Counted from the first letter of the whole stretch, positions 51,535 through 63,330 are shown. The stretch is 63,473 nucleotides of DNA, filler included, from Octopus bimaculoides (GCF_001194135.2; 5 parts of 5 records of this genome joined end to end with filler, not necessarily neighbours in it), one strand, 5' to 3'. Program-made: numbers and translations. Notes: generated by a model not told the origin, from the letters alone.

Positions 51535-51905
51535 TCTTTACTCTTTAACTTGTTTCAGTCATTTGACTGCGGCCATACTGGAGCACCGCCTGTATCTTGT
51601 TTTAAAAGCTGGTCTTCATTCAATCGGACCGCTTTTGTCGAACCGCTAGCTTACAGGAACATAAACACACCATCACCGGTTCTCAATTAGTTGTGGGGTA
51701 TAATCATAGACACAAAGGCAAGAAACACAAGCGCATGCGCACGTATATAAGACGAACTTCTTTCAGTTTCCCCTCACCAAATCCACTCGCGAGGCTTTGG
51801 CCGATTTGAGGCTATATAGTAGAAGACATTTGTCTTAGGTGCCACGCAGTGGGACCGGACCATGTGGTTGGGAAGAAAGATTCTTAACACACAGCCATGC
51901 CGGCC
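51535..51905 (-). mobile_element. SINE family A, full length
   Basis: Tail cttgtttcagtcatttgactgcggccatactggagcaccgcc; head gtgccacgcagtgggacc...ccatgtggttgg...cacacagccatgc. Confidence 0.85.
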
Positions 51906-52084
51906 AAGCTGATCCTTCCTGTGGTACAAGTGTGTGCAAGTGTGCGCGTGCGTGTGAGTCGGTGCGGGTGCGTGCGTGTGTATGCGTCTGTGTGTGTATG
52001 TGTATATGTATGCGTCTGTAAATTTCTGCCACTATTTACGTAAACTCAATAAGCGTTTATTTCAGCTGATCTAATGACTGAAAC

Positions 52085-52412
52085 ATCATCAGTGATGGAG
52101 ATCGATCCGTCCATCCACCCATTCATCCGTCCATCCATTCGTCCATTCTTCTATCAATCCATCCAACCAACCGTCCGTCCGTCCGTCCATTCGGCCATCT
52201 ATCCAACCATCCATTTTCCCATCTATCTGTCCGTCCATCCATCCATCCACCTGTCCGTCCATCCATTTATCCATTCGTCAATCCATCCATCCATCCATCT
52301 AGCGATCCAGCCCTCCGTCCGTCCCTCCATTCGTCCATCCATCCATACATCCATCCAACCATCCAACCGTCCGTCCGTCTGTCCGTCCATTTATCCATCC
52401 ACCCAACCAGCC
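52085..52412. repeat. Degenerate (CCAT/CCGT)n array
   Basis: Directly visible. Confidence 0.9.
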
Positions 52413-52880
52413 NNNNNNNNNNNNNNNNNNNNNNNNNNNNNNNNNNNNNNNNNNNNNNNNNNNNNNNNNNNNNNNNNNNNNNNNNNNNNNNNNNNNNNNN
52501 NNNNNNNNNNNNNNNNNNNNNNNNNNNNNNNNNNNNNNNNNNNNNNNNNNNNNNNNNNNNNNNNNNNNNNNNNNNNNNNNNNNNNNNNNNNNNNNNNNNN
52601 NNNNNNNNNNNNNNNNNNNNNNNNNNNNNNNNNNNNNNNNNNNNNNNNNNNNNNNNNNNNNNNNNNNNNNNNNNNNNNNNNNNNNNNNNNNNNNNNNNNN
52701 NNNNNNNNNNNNNNNNNNNNNNNNNNNNNNNNNNNTATATATATATGTATATATATAAAGGGCATTATTACAGAAAATAATAACGCCACACAGTGGACTT
52801 CTCAAAATAACCACATTTAGTACCTAATGGGAGGAAAAACAACCAGCAGAAGACGACCAACTTTCTTTAAAATAAACTTA

Positions 52881-52942
52881 ACTGTGTATCGACCGATTTC
52901 GCGATTACTAGAATGAATCTAGATTTCGTTCATCAGCACAGT
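52881..52942 (-). ncRNA. Candidate type I hammerhead ribozyme
   Basis: Minus strand: ACTGTG-CTGATGA-ACGAAATCTAGA-ttcat-TCTAGTAATCGC-GAA-ATCG-gt-CGAT-A-CACAGT; complete core, perfect 6-bp stem I in register, AUA cleavage triplet; deviation at 10.1 (A-C instead of G-C). Confidence 0.7.
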
Positions 52943-53047
52943 ATTGTCCCAAAAATATATATAAATAAACAGAATTCTCACCTCACCAAAAACGAACACA
53001 CTACGTATCCGACAGAGTAAAGGCAATGAAGTTTATCTATATATTGT

Positions 53048-53200
53048 GCTTCTTTCAGTTTCCGTCTACCAAATACATTGACAAGGCTTTGGTCGGCCCG
53101 AGACTATAGTAGAAGACACTCGCCTAAGATGCCACGCAGTGAGACTGAACCCACAACCATGTGGTTACAAAGCAAGCTTCTTCCTACACAGCCACTCCTG
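53048..53200 (-). mobile_element. SINE family A head
   Basis: cttctttcagtttccgtctaccaaat...gccacgcagtgagactgaacc...cacagccactcctg. Confidence 0.85.
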
Positions 53201-53242
53201 ACCCTATTGAATTATCTTTAAAAGCTGAGGCACTCTCGACAG

Positions 53243-53360
53243 ACGACGTGTAGCCTAGTGGTTACGGTGCTATACTCGCGATCCCCAGTTTATGGGTTCG
53301 ATTCCCAGACCGGGCTGGCGTGCTGCTTTCTTGAACAGAACACTTTATTTTACACTGTTT
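53243..53360 (+). mobile_element. tRNA-like head of a CORE-type SINE
   Basis: TAGCCTAGTGG (A box), GGTTCGATTCC (B box), followed by ttcttgaacagaacactttattttacac rather than an acceptor-stem end. Confidence 0.7.
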
Positions 53361-53933
53361 TTGTGCTGTGTAGGGAACGGCATGTCAAATAATAGAATCA
53401 CCATTTCTTTTACGTGCCGCAAAATTGACTAAAATAGGGTGCGCTAGGATTTGCCCTCCGACCTTGTAAAATCCCCACTAACAAACACATGGGTTGGAAA
53501 GTTGTCGCCTGATTTTTGAAATGGGTTCAACTGCCAGGAGTATGGAGTCCCCAACAAATAGTGGACGCAGTGATATTCTGTGACATTATATAGCCCCATA
53601 AAACAACACCCGGTTGAACTACTTATTACGGGTTTCCTTTTTGTATTTGCAGGATCAAACATTTTACCAATTTCATGTGTTTTCACAAACTTTGTCAGCA
53701 GAAGGGTTAAAATTTGAACTCAGGAAATATATATTACATTCAGCACAGTTTTGCTTTACTTAAGATGCACAATTTTAGAATTTGCGTTATTTATTCCAGA
53801 CAGACAGAAAGAAGATAATTTTTCATCACATAATTTCCATTTGGAAAACATATGGCTATGTTTGTGTTTTGTCACAAACAAGTCAGCTTCAATTAAGGTG
53901 AAATTTAAAGTTATTAAATAATTACATTAATGA

Positions 53934-53934
<1 letters not shown>

Positions 53935-54012
<78 letters not shown>

Positions 54013-54026
54013 AATAATAATAATAN
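53935..54026. repeat. (ATT)n microsatellite
   Basis: Directly visible; a second long (ATT)n lies at 55736-55910. Confidence 0.95.
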
Positions 54027-55399
54027 NNNNNNNNNNNNNNNNNNNNNNNNNNNNNNNNNNNNNNNNNNNNNNNNNNNNNNNNNNNNNNNNNNNNNNNNNN
54101 NNNNNNNNNNNNNNNNNNNNNNNNNNNNNNNNNNNNNNNNNNNNNNNNNNNNNNNNNNNNNNNNNNNNNNNNNNNNNNNNNNNNNNNNNNNNNNNNNNNN
54201 NNNNNNNNNNNNNNNNNNNNNNNNNNNNNNNNNNNNNNNNNNNNNNNNNNNNNNNNNNNNNNNNNNNNNNNNNNNNNNNNNNNNNNNNNNNNNNNNNNNN
54301 NNNNNNNNNNNNNNNNNNNNNNNNNNNNNNNNNNNNNNNNNNNNNNNNNNNNNNNNNNNNNNNNNNNNNNNNNNNNNNNNNNNNNNNNNNNNNNNNNNNN
54401 NNNNNNNNNNNNNNNNNNNNNNNNNNNNNNNNNNNNNNNNNNNNNNNNNNNNNNNNNNNNNNNNNNNNNNNNNNNNNNNNNNNNNNNNNNNNNNNNNNNN
54501 NNNNNNNNNNNNNNNNNNNNNNNNNNNNNNNNNNNNNNNNNNNNNNNNNNNNNNNNNNNNNNNNNNNNNNNNNNNNNNNNNNNNNNNNNNNNNNNNNNNN
54601 NNNNNNNNNNNNNNNNNNNNNNNNNNNNNNNNNNNNNNNNNNNNNNNNNNNNNNNNNNNNNNNNNNNNNNNNNNNNNNNNNNNNNNNNNNNNNNNNNNNN
54701 NNNNNNNNNNNNNNNNNNNNNNNNNNNNNNNNNNNNNNNNNNNNNNNNNNNNNNNNNNNNNNNNNNNNNNNNNNNNNNNNTATATATATATATATATATA
54801 TATATTTGTATATACATACACACATACATATATATGTATGGCCCACGCTATTAAAAGTTTCGCGCACATGGAACCCATGTACGTTTTTCAAGCGGCAATC
54901 ATACCATCAGACTTAAGCTGTTTAGACACTGGACCGGATTTAAAAACAAGACGAAAGAAACCCAATTACTGGAACGGATTATGTGGAAGATACCATTAGG
55001 CTGACTACACAGACTGCAAATCTTGAGATGCGACGATCGAATGGTGTAAAATCGGATGGAAAAAAATTGAGAGGCGGGGAGGGATAATATTTTGTTGAAA
55101 ATTTTTTTATAAGAAATGTAAGGAATGATAGAGCAGTTTTTTAAAAAGAGATTATGTATAAATAATATACAAAATTTATAATATAAGGAGAATATGTTTT
55201 TTTCTAGAAAAAAAGGGGGCATTTGCAAATATAATCTGCAACACTATAAATATAAAGAAAATGTAAAAAAAAAAAAAGTGAATATAAAAAATATATTCAT
55301 ATAATAATGATATCCAAATATATATCGAAATATAAAATATTTGAAATATAATAAAAGAAAAAGTAATAAAAATATATGATGACATGCTAACGAGAATAG

Positions 55400-55610
55400 T
55401 CTTTTACTCTTTTAATTGTTTCAGTCATTTGACTGCGGCCATGCTGGAGCATCGCCTTTAGTCGAGCAAATCGGCCCCAGGACTTATTCTTTGGATGCCT
55501 AGTACCTTTTCTATCGGTAATTTTTTGCCGAACCGCTAGGTTGTGGGGATGTAAACACACCACCATCGGTTGTCAAGCGATGTTCGAGGGACAAACACAT
55601 ACACAGAAAC
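55400..55610 (-). mobile_element. SINE family A tail, well preserved
   Basis: ttgtttcagtcatttgactgcggccatgctggagcatcgcctttagtcgagcaaatcg...ggttgtcaagcgatgtt. Confidence 0.85.
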
Positions 55611-55635
55611 ATATACACGCACATACACATATATA

Positions 55636-55735
55636 NNNNNNNNNNNNNNNNNNNNNNNNNNNNNNNNNNNNNNNNNNNNTTAATTAATTAANNNNNNNNN
55701 NNNNNNNNNNNNNNNNNNNNNNNNNNNNNNNNNNN
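55636..55735. other. Artificial assembly spacer N44-TTAATTAATTAA-N44
   Basis: Same structure as 21463-21562. Confidence 0.95.
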
Positions 55736-55743
55736 TATTATTA

Positions 55744-55793
<50 letters not shown>

Positions 55794-55813
55794 GCTATTA
55801 TTGTTAATGTTAC

Positions 55814-55894
<81 letters not shown>

Positions 55895-55939
55895 CATCAT
55901 TATCAACAATTCTGGCTAATTTTATATTCTTCCAACAGT

Positions 55940-58900
55940 GATATGATGTGAATGTTGTAGTATTAGCTGAAACAAGAATTCATAGAAAGGGGAATTTTGT
56001 AGAGAAATCTGCTGGGTATCAATTATTTTGGAGTGGTAGAGAGGAGACCTATAAGAGAGAATCAGGAGTGGGATTTGCTATCAAAACCACTCTGGCTTCA
56101 AAACTTGAGGAACTACCATGTGGTCATTCAGATCGTTTAATGTCTTTAAGACTACCATTAAGAAAAGGTCGCTATGCAACACTCATAAGTGAATATGCTC
56201 CAAGTATGAATTCATCAGAGGATGATAAACTTGCCTTCTATCTATCACTTACAGAGATTATATGCAATATTCCCCATGATGACAAAGTTGTCATTTTGGG
56301 TGATATTAATGCTCGCATTGGTGCAGATTGGGAGACTTGGCGTATCCTAGGTAAGTATGGGGTTGGGAGTTTCAACAGTAATGGTTTGCTACTGTTGCAA
56401 GTGTGTGTAGAGATGGATTTGTGTGTCATGAATAGAATGTATCGACTAAAGAATAAGTATAAAAAGACATGGATGCACCCTGGTTCTAAGAAATTGCATC
56501 TTATAGATTGGATCCTCACCAGGAAACGAGATACTAGGGACTTTGCTATTGTACGAGTGATGCGTGGTGTAGAGTGCTGGACTGACCGTAGGCTTTTGCG
56601 TGTCAAGGTGAATTTTGTTGTCAAGCCTAAGGTTAGAGCAAATAATGACAAATTACCTGAATGGATTGATGTCACTAAACTTAAGATTCCGTCATTACGC
56701 AATGAGATTGTGAGATAAATAATTTGTCCTGTGATGGAATCTGGAAGTCATCCAAAGAAAGAGTGTACGAGATTTGTAGTAACATTCTTGGCTTAGTTGT
56801 AAAAAACACCAAGATTGGTTTGACGATAATTATGAAGAAGTTAATCTTATCTTAAAGGAGAAGCGAAAGGCATTTAACATGTTGCAAAATGTTGACATAC
56901 CAACGAACAGGACAGTAGCTATATATTTCAAGGCAGTAAAAGCAACAGTGCAGAGGAAGCTACGGATGATGCAGGAGAATTGGTGGAGTGATAAGTGTGA
57001 TGAAATCCAAGAAGCTTCAAATGCTAACAATTCCAAACTTTTTTTACTCTCTCTTGAAAAAACTTTATGGACCAGTTTCATCAAAGGTTGCGCCACTTCA
57101 GAGCAAGGATGGTACAGAATTATTAACAAATCCTAAAGATATTGTTGGGAGATGGAAAGAACATTTTGATGAGTTGCTCAATAGACCCACTAAAGTTGGT
57201 CTCCCTTTTCTTGATAATATACCTTAGAGACCAATAAAACATCTTATAGCAGAAGTTCCAAACCTGGCTGAAATAAAAGTAGCAATCAGGAAACTGAACA
57301 ATGAAAAGGTCCCTGGTATGGATGGTCTAGGTGCAGAAATATATAAATATGGTGGTGATCATCTTCGTGTAATGTTGATGGATGTAATTTTGGCAAAGTG
57401 AAGAGGTTCCTCCGGATTGGTGTGATGCAACTATGGTGATACTATATAAATCATAAGGTGGAAAGGATGTCTGTGATAATTATCGCAGCATCTGTCTGTT
57501 AGCTGTTGCTGGAAAGGTCCTCTGTAGGGTAATACTGGATAGATTGCTTCTGCATATTGCTGATGAGGTTCTACCAGAATCGCAATGTAGGTTTAGGGAT
57601 AGTAGGAGTACTATGGATATGATATTTTCGGCTAGACAGTTGCAAGAGAAGTGCATCAAACAAGTTTTCATTGACCTAGGAAAAGCGTTTGATTCTATCA
57701 ACAGAATTGCACTTTGAGAGATCCTAAAAAAAGCTAGGATGCCCGGAAAAATTTGTGAGAATGCTTAGACAATTTCATAACAAGATTGAAGTGAGAGTTA
57801 ATGTTGGAGGTACCTTATCAGATCTAATTTCTGTAGAAAATGGTGTAAAGCAAGGTGATATTCTTGCTCCTACACTGTTTGCTATATATTTAAAATAGCT
57901 TTTAAAGATTGCCCTGAAGGCGTCTATATAAGGTATAGGACAACAGGAAAACTGTTCAATCTCAAATGACTCTCTGACAAAACGAAAGTTCTGCATTCTC
58001 ACCTTGTTGAGTTTCTGTATGCAGATGATTGTGACCTGTTGGCACATTCTCAGAAAGATATCCAGCACATGGTGAATGCGATTTCTGCAGCATGTGCAAC
58101 ATTGGGGTCTAACAATCAATCTAAAAACACTTCTATAATGTCCCAGCCCACTCCCTCCAAGATGTATGTGGAACTTTTATAACTGTCAATGGTCAAAGGC
58201 CGGAGACTGTACCTAGATTTATTTATTTAGGAAGTGCCTTGAGCACTGCTGGTCTTGAGGATGAAATTTCGTACAGAGTCAGTAGGGCTAGTAGTGTTTT
58301 TGGTAGGCTTGATAGGCGTCTGTGGAAACAACATAATATATCTTCACAAATTAAAGTTAAGGTATATAACACATGCATCCTTCCATCTTTGCTATATGGA
58401 AATGAGGTATGGGCTGTTTACCGTAAGCAGGTAAGGCAATTGGAACGATTTCATCAATACTGTCTGAGAAAAATTTTGGGGATAAACTGGAAAAGGGCCA
58501 TTAGTAATGTGAAGGTGCTTGAGAGGAGTGGCAGTAGAAGTATAGAGTCAGTGATTTTGCAAAGACATTTGAGACGGGAGGACATTTGGTAAGGATGAGT
58601 GATGAGTGACTGCCCAAGCAGCTATTGTATGGTGAGCTGGAAGATGGCAGGAGACCAGCGCATAAGCCTAAACGAAAGTTTAAGGATTGCCTTAAAAATG
58701 CTCTAATACAGACAGGAATTGCAGCTGGTAATCGGGAGAGGGAGGCACAAGATCGTGATAGATGGAGGAAGATAGTGCATAACAGTTGTTCAAGGTTTGA
58801 GAGGGAGAGAGTAAAGTACGAGAGAAATATGAGAAATTGACCCATGATAAGAAATGATGTGGCTATTAAAATTCATAACAGTACATGTATAAAATGTGGA

Positions 58901-59100
58901 CGGGTGTACTTCTCAGCTGGAGGTCTAAAAAGACATATTAAGAGAGTTTATATGGTGGCACTTACTTCTCCTGTCAGCCAGCACATTTGTCTAGTATGTA
59001 ATAAAATAATAAAATGTGTAAAAGTCATATAAGGGCAAGACATGGCGACAATCATGAATCAGCTCAGTAAGTCTTCTTGGCAATGGCTTTTCTTGTGTAA
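55940..59100 (+). mobile_element. RTE-clade LINE, near full-length ORF (APE endonuclease, RT, C-terminal C2H2-like fingers), inactivated
   Basis: LAETR...SGVGFAI...LGDINARIG...TWMHPGSK...LIDWIL...WTDRRL; FIDLGKAFDS; GVKQGDILAPTLF; YADD at 58018-58029; CIKCGRVYFSAGGLKRH; multiple stops and frameshifts. Confidence 0.93.
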
Positions 59101-59199
59101 TGAGGATGCAGCTGTGATGTGATATATATATATATATATCTATCTTGTTTTTGTACTTGGGGATGGTCATATTGCCAGTTTAGCCAATAAATCTTGCAA

Positions 59200-59242
<43 letters not shown>

Positions 59243-59254
59243 GTATAACCTAGT

Positions 59255-60566
59255 CACCTGTATTGTTAACCAGGTGATACACGAAGGAGCCATACCCAAT
59301 GACTGGTGTAGCAGCACCATTGTCAACTGTTACAAAGGTAAAGGTGACGCTTTAGATACAAATAATTACATAAGTATCAAGTTGTTAGATCAGATAATGA
59401 AAGTCACGGAGAGGGTCATAGCCCAACTAATAAAGGAGAGAGTCAGTTTAGATGAGATGCAGTTTAGGTTCGTGCCAGGGAAAAGCATCACTGATGCTAT
59501 ATTTCTGGTAAGACAGCTGCAGGAGAAATACCTAGCCAAAGATAAACCTCTGTACCTGGCTTTCGTCGACATGGAGAAAGCCTTTGACAGGGTTCCCCGA
59601 TCCATCATCTGGTGGTCAATGAGGAAACTAGGGATAGAAGAGTGGTTAGTGACAGCTGTGCGAGCCATGTACAGGGACACTGTCAGTAAGGGGAGGGTTG
59701 GCAACGAGTACAGTGAAGAATTCAGGGTAGAAGTAGGGGTCCACCAAGGTTCTGTCCTCAGCCCCCCTCCTATTTATCATAGTCCTCCAGTCGATAACAG
59801 AGGGATTCAAGACAGGATGCCCATGGGAGCTCCTCTATGCTGATGACCTTGCACTAATTACTGAGTCACTATCAGAACTAGAAGAGAAGTTTCAGCTATG
59901 GAAGCAAGGACCTTAGAGTCAACCTAGCTAAAACCAAAGTCCTAATAAGTAGGAAGGTAGACAAAACACAAACCCCTTCAGGTAGATGGCCTTGCTCGAT
60001 CTGTAGAAAAGGCGTAGGCAGAAACTCTATAAGATGCATGATGTGCAAGCTTTGTAAACATAAGAGGTGCAGCAATATCAAAGGAAGGTTAACTAGGAAG
60101 TTAGTTGATGTATGTAACAGATGTTCAGGAGCAATAAACACTGTGAATGTGCAGAAAACAACTTCTGCCACATTCCAGGGAGAAAAACTAGACGTAGTTG
60201 ATAGCTTCTGCTATCTAGGTGACCAAATTAGTAGTGGAGGAGGGTGCTCTGAAGGTGTAGCTGCTAGAATAAGAATAGCCTGGACAAAGTTCAGACAGCT
60301 TTTACCTCTGCTGGTGACAAAGGATCTCTCCCTCAGAGTAAAAGGCAGATTGTATGACGCATGTGTACGAACAGCCCTGCTTCATGGCAGTGAAACATGG
60401 GCCGTGACTGCTGAAGACATGCGTAGGCTCGCAAGGAATGAAGCCAGTATGCTCCGATGGATGTGTAATGTCAGTGTGCATACTAGACAGAGCGTAAGTA
60501 CCTTGAGAGAAAAGTTGAACATCAGAAGCATCAGTTGTGGTGTGCAAGAGAGACGATTGCGCTGGT
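59255..60566 (+). mobile_element. RTE-X-like LINE RT fragment with an internal PHD-type finger, 5' truncated, runs into a gap
   Basis: FVDMEKAFDRVPR, GVHQGSVLSP, YADD at 59836-59847, CSIC...CMMC...H..C...CNRC, FCYLGD, LLHGSETW; about two frameshifts. Confidence 0.92.
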
Positions 60567-60666
60567 NNNNNNNNNNNNNNNNNNNNNNNNNNNNNNNNNN
60601 NNNNNNNNNNTTAATTAATTAANNNNNNNNNNNNNNNNNNNNNNNNNNNNNNNNNNNNNNNNNNNN
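60567..60666. other. Artificial assembly spacer N44-TTAATTAATTAA-N44
   Basis: Same structure as 21463-21562. Confidence 0.95.
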
Positions 60667-60950
60667 AAGGCACGTGGCTCAGTAGTTAAGGTACTCAGCT
60701 CACAATTGTAAAATCGGGAGATCGTATCCCGGCGGCACGTTGTGTCCTTGAGCAAGACACTTTATTTCACGTTGCTCCGTTCACTCAGCTGGCAAAAACG
60801 AGTAGTATCTGTAATTCTGTGTCACGCTGAATCTCCCTGAAAACTACGTGTCTGTGGAGTGCTCAGCCACTTGCACGTTAATTTCACGAGCAGGCTGTTC
60901 CGTTGATCGGATCAACTAAAACCTTCGTCGTCGTAAGCGACGGAGTACCA
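60667..60950 (+). mobile_element. tRNA-derived CORE-type SINE with a different tail from 31728-32066
   Basis: TGGCTCAGTAG head; gttgtgtccttgagcaagacactttatttcacgttgctcc...cactcagctggcaaaaacgagt core. Confidence 0.85.
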
Positions 60951-61454
60951 TGTGTCATGTCATAGCTAATAACCTTAGCTAATAGATATCCATAGCTGAT
61001 ATATGAAATCAAGTCTGTAGGATGTTTTTTAAATACTTTATTTACAGTTACTTACCTTTAACATGTCTTTAGAGGTAAATAGATCGTACAAAATTTATCA
61101 TTTCAGTTTTATTTCCATTTTTACATTTGTATCTCTTCAGGTTTCTTGTTCGGTTTCATTAGTGTATATATAATGAGTTGATATCTCTTATGATCTTTTT
61201 TCCCTTCTGTCTCCTGCATATGAGCAGCATCACAAGTGTTATTGTAAACGTGGTCAGTTAGAAACGGATTCGTGTCCGGCAAAAATATATGAATATGTTT
61301 AATTTAATATATAGGGCGAATATCTATTTTCGCGTGCCTTTTCCTTTTAGCCATCTTTTTATTTCGGAATATCGTCAATCTAGACATGAATTTATTTTTA
61401 TGTTTATTAGGCACTCAGCTAAAACGTATTAGGCAAAATTATGTTTTTACATTG

Positions 61455-61575
61455 GCACCAAGATATTCAAAAGGAGAACCCGAATGAAATACTTGAAAAT
61501 GAATGTCGCCTCTGCAACATAAAATGTAAGTCGTTTGCTGGTTTTAAAAGTTATAGTAGGTTCCATGGTCATCAC
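61455..61575 (+). pseudogene. Isolated decayed C2H2-like finger, probably an RTE 3' end remnant
   Basis: ECRLCNIKCKSFAGFKSYSRFH resembles the finger at the end of the RTE at about 58880-58950; no TGEKP linker. Confidence 0.35.
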
Positions 61576-62147
61576 TGACAAAAAAACAAAACAAAAAAAA
61601 CAATAAAAAACAAAATAAAGCAAAAGCAACAAAATATACAAACAAAACAAAAAACACGAAGAAAAAGAGAACTCCAAAACAAGATAATTTGTTCGTAATG
61701 GTCAAACTTGTCTAACTAGCCGACAGCCTCTTATATATATNNNNNNNNNNNNNNNNNNNNNNNNNNNNNNNNNNNNNNNNNNNNNNNNNNNNNNNNNNNN
61801 NNNNNNNNNNNNNNNNNNNNNNNNNNNNNNNNNNNNNNNNNNNNNNNNNNNNNNNNNNNNNNNNNNNNNNNNNNNNNNNNNNNNNNNNNNNNNNNNNNNN
61901 NNNNNNNNNNNNNNNNNNNNNNNNNNNNNNNNNNNNNNNNNNNNNNNNNNNNNNNNNNNNNNNNNNNNNNNNNNNNNNNNNNNNNNNNNNNNNNNNNNNN
62001 NNNNNNNNNNNNNNNNNNNNNNNNNNNNNNNNNNNNNNNNNNNNNNNNNNNNNNNNNNNNNNNNNNNNNNNNNNNNNNNNNNNNNNNNNNNNNNNNNNNN
62101 NNNNNNNNNNNNNNNNNNNNNNNNNNNNNNNNNNNNNNNNNNNNNNN

Positions 62148-62191
<44 letters not shown>

Positions 62192-62450
62192 CAGCTCTAT
62201 TTTAAAGCTGGCAGACAATGCTAGGCACCAGAAGAGTTAAGAACTAAAGTAAATCGTAGACACCATATTGTTGAGCAAAGATAAAAATCAGTTTTTTCCA
62301 CTGAACAATAAATAAATATATAAAATAAAAATGATAAAAACATTAAATATGAAGAAAAATATAAATATGATTGAAAATATCATTTCTAGAACGTTCTGTG
62401 ATATCATAGTTTATAGTTGAAATTGACTTTAACACACAGTAAACTAGAGG

Positions 62451-62529
62451 AAGATGGCGGTAGAGAAAATATCTTCTGCTGTAATGGAGTTGTTGGTTGG
62501 GTCGCCATGTTGTCTTTCACGATGGCGAC
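62451..62529. promoter_or_regulatory. Cluster of three YY1-like ATGGCG motifs (candidate promoter or enhancer)
   Basis: AAGATGGCGG (62451, +), CAACATGGCG (62512-62503, -), CGATGGCGAC (62520, +) in non-repeat sequence. Confidence 0.3.
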
Positions 62530-63091
62530 ACATCTAATGGAAACGGAACCGAAAACCACCATCCACATTCATTTGATTAGAGGCTAAAACAAGACACTGA
62601 CTCCACTAAGTGGCCAGCTTCTTCCATTGACAATTTGTGTTCTCATTTTAGCGCGCTCTCTCCCTCTCCTCATCTCACGCAACCATGTCTTTCTCTCTTT
62701 CTCTTTCATTGTTTCTCCGTCAATGTTCCCTCCTCACACTTTCACTATCATTCTCCTCACTCCCTCCCCTTCATCCCCCCATCTTCCTATCCATTAGTAT
62801 AATCTACGTGCGCGAATATATATAGCGATATAATCATCATACACACACATACACGTGCAGACACTCACATATGTATACATAAACGTACGTACACTTTTTA
62901 TAAATATATATGCGCCTATGTATATGCATATATGTATATGTATGTATGTATATATATGTATANNNNNNNNNNNNNNNNNNNNNNNNNNNNNNNNNNNNNN
63001 NNNNNNNNNNNNNNNNNNNNNNNNNNNNNNNNNNNNNNNNNNNNNNNNNNNNNNNNNNNNNNACACACACACACGCACATATATATATATA

Positions 63092-63330
63092 GGTGGAGGC
63101 GCAATGTCCCAGTGGTTTATTGAACGAAAAGACCTAAAAGCTCCATGAGGCTCCGCCAGGGAGTGTTGGTGACCCCTGTTGTACTCTGTTGCCCCAACTT
63201 TCTCTCACTCTTTCTTCCTGTTTCTTGAGTAACGCTGCGATGGACTGCCGTCCCGTCCAGCTCCGGGGAACACATACGCCATAGAAACCGGGAAACCGGG
63301 CCCATGAGCCTGGCTAGGCTTTGAAAGGGC
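63092..63330 (+). mobile_element. Internally deleted tRNA-derived SINE with a V-SINE-like tail motif
   Basis: gtggaggcgcaatgtcccagtggtt head; gcgatggactgccgtcccgtccag tail motif, related to gacagactggcatcctgttc in the 18625 element. Confidence 0.5.

Noticed and set aside
53243-53320. tRNA gene candidate with A and B boxes
   Set aside because: No complete cloverleaf could be built, and it continues into the CORE-type SINE body; the same applies to the other tRNA-like heads.
53400-53710. piggyBac-like end (AAGGG followed by TTAA at 53702-53710)
   Set aside because: No matching opposite TIR and no transposase similarity recognised.
26346-54916. Long ORFs of 130-390 aa in the ORF track (for example 26346, 50486, 53914)
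   Set aside because: They consist of N gaps plus microsatellite translations (YIYI, LSIY, CVCV) and carry no coding signal.
61455-61575. Member of the expanded octopus C2H2 zinc-finger gene family
   Set aside because: Single degenerate finger with no tandem array or TGEKP linker; better explained as an RTE tail.
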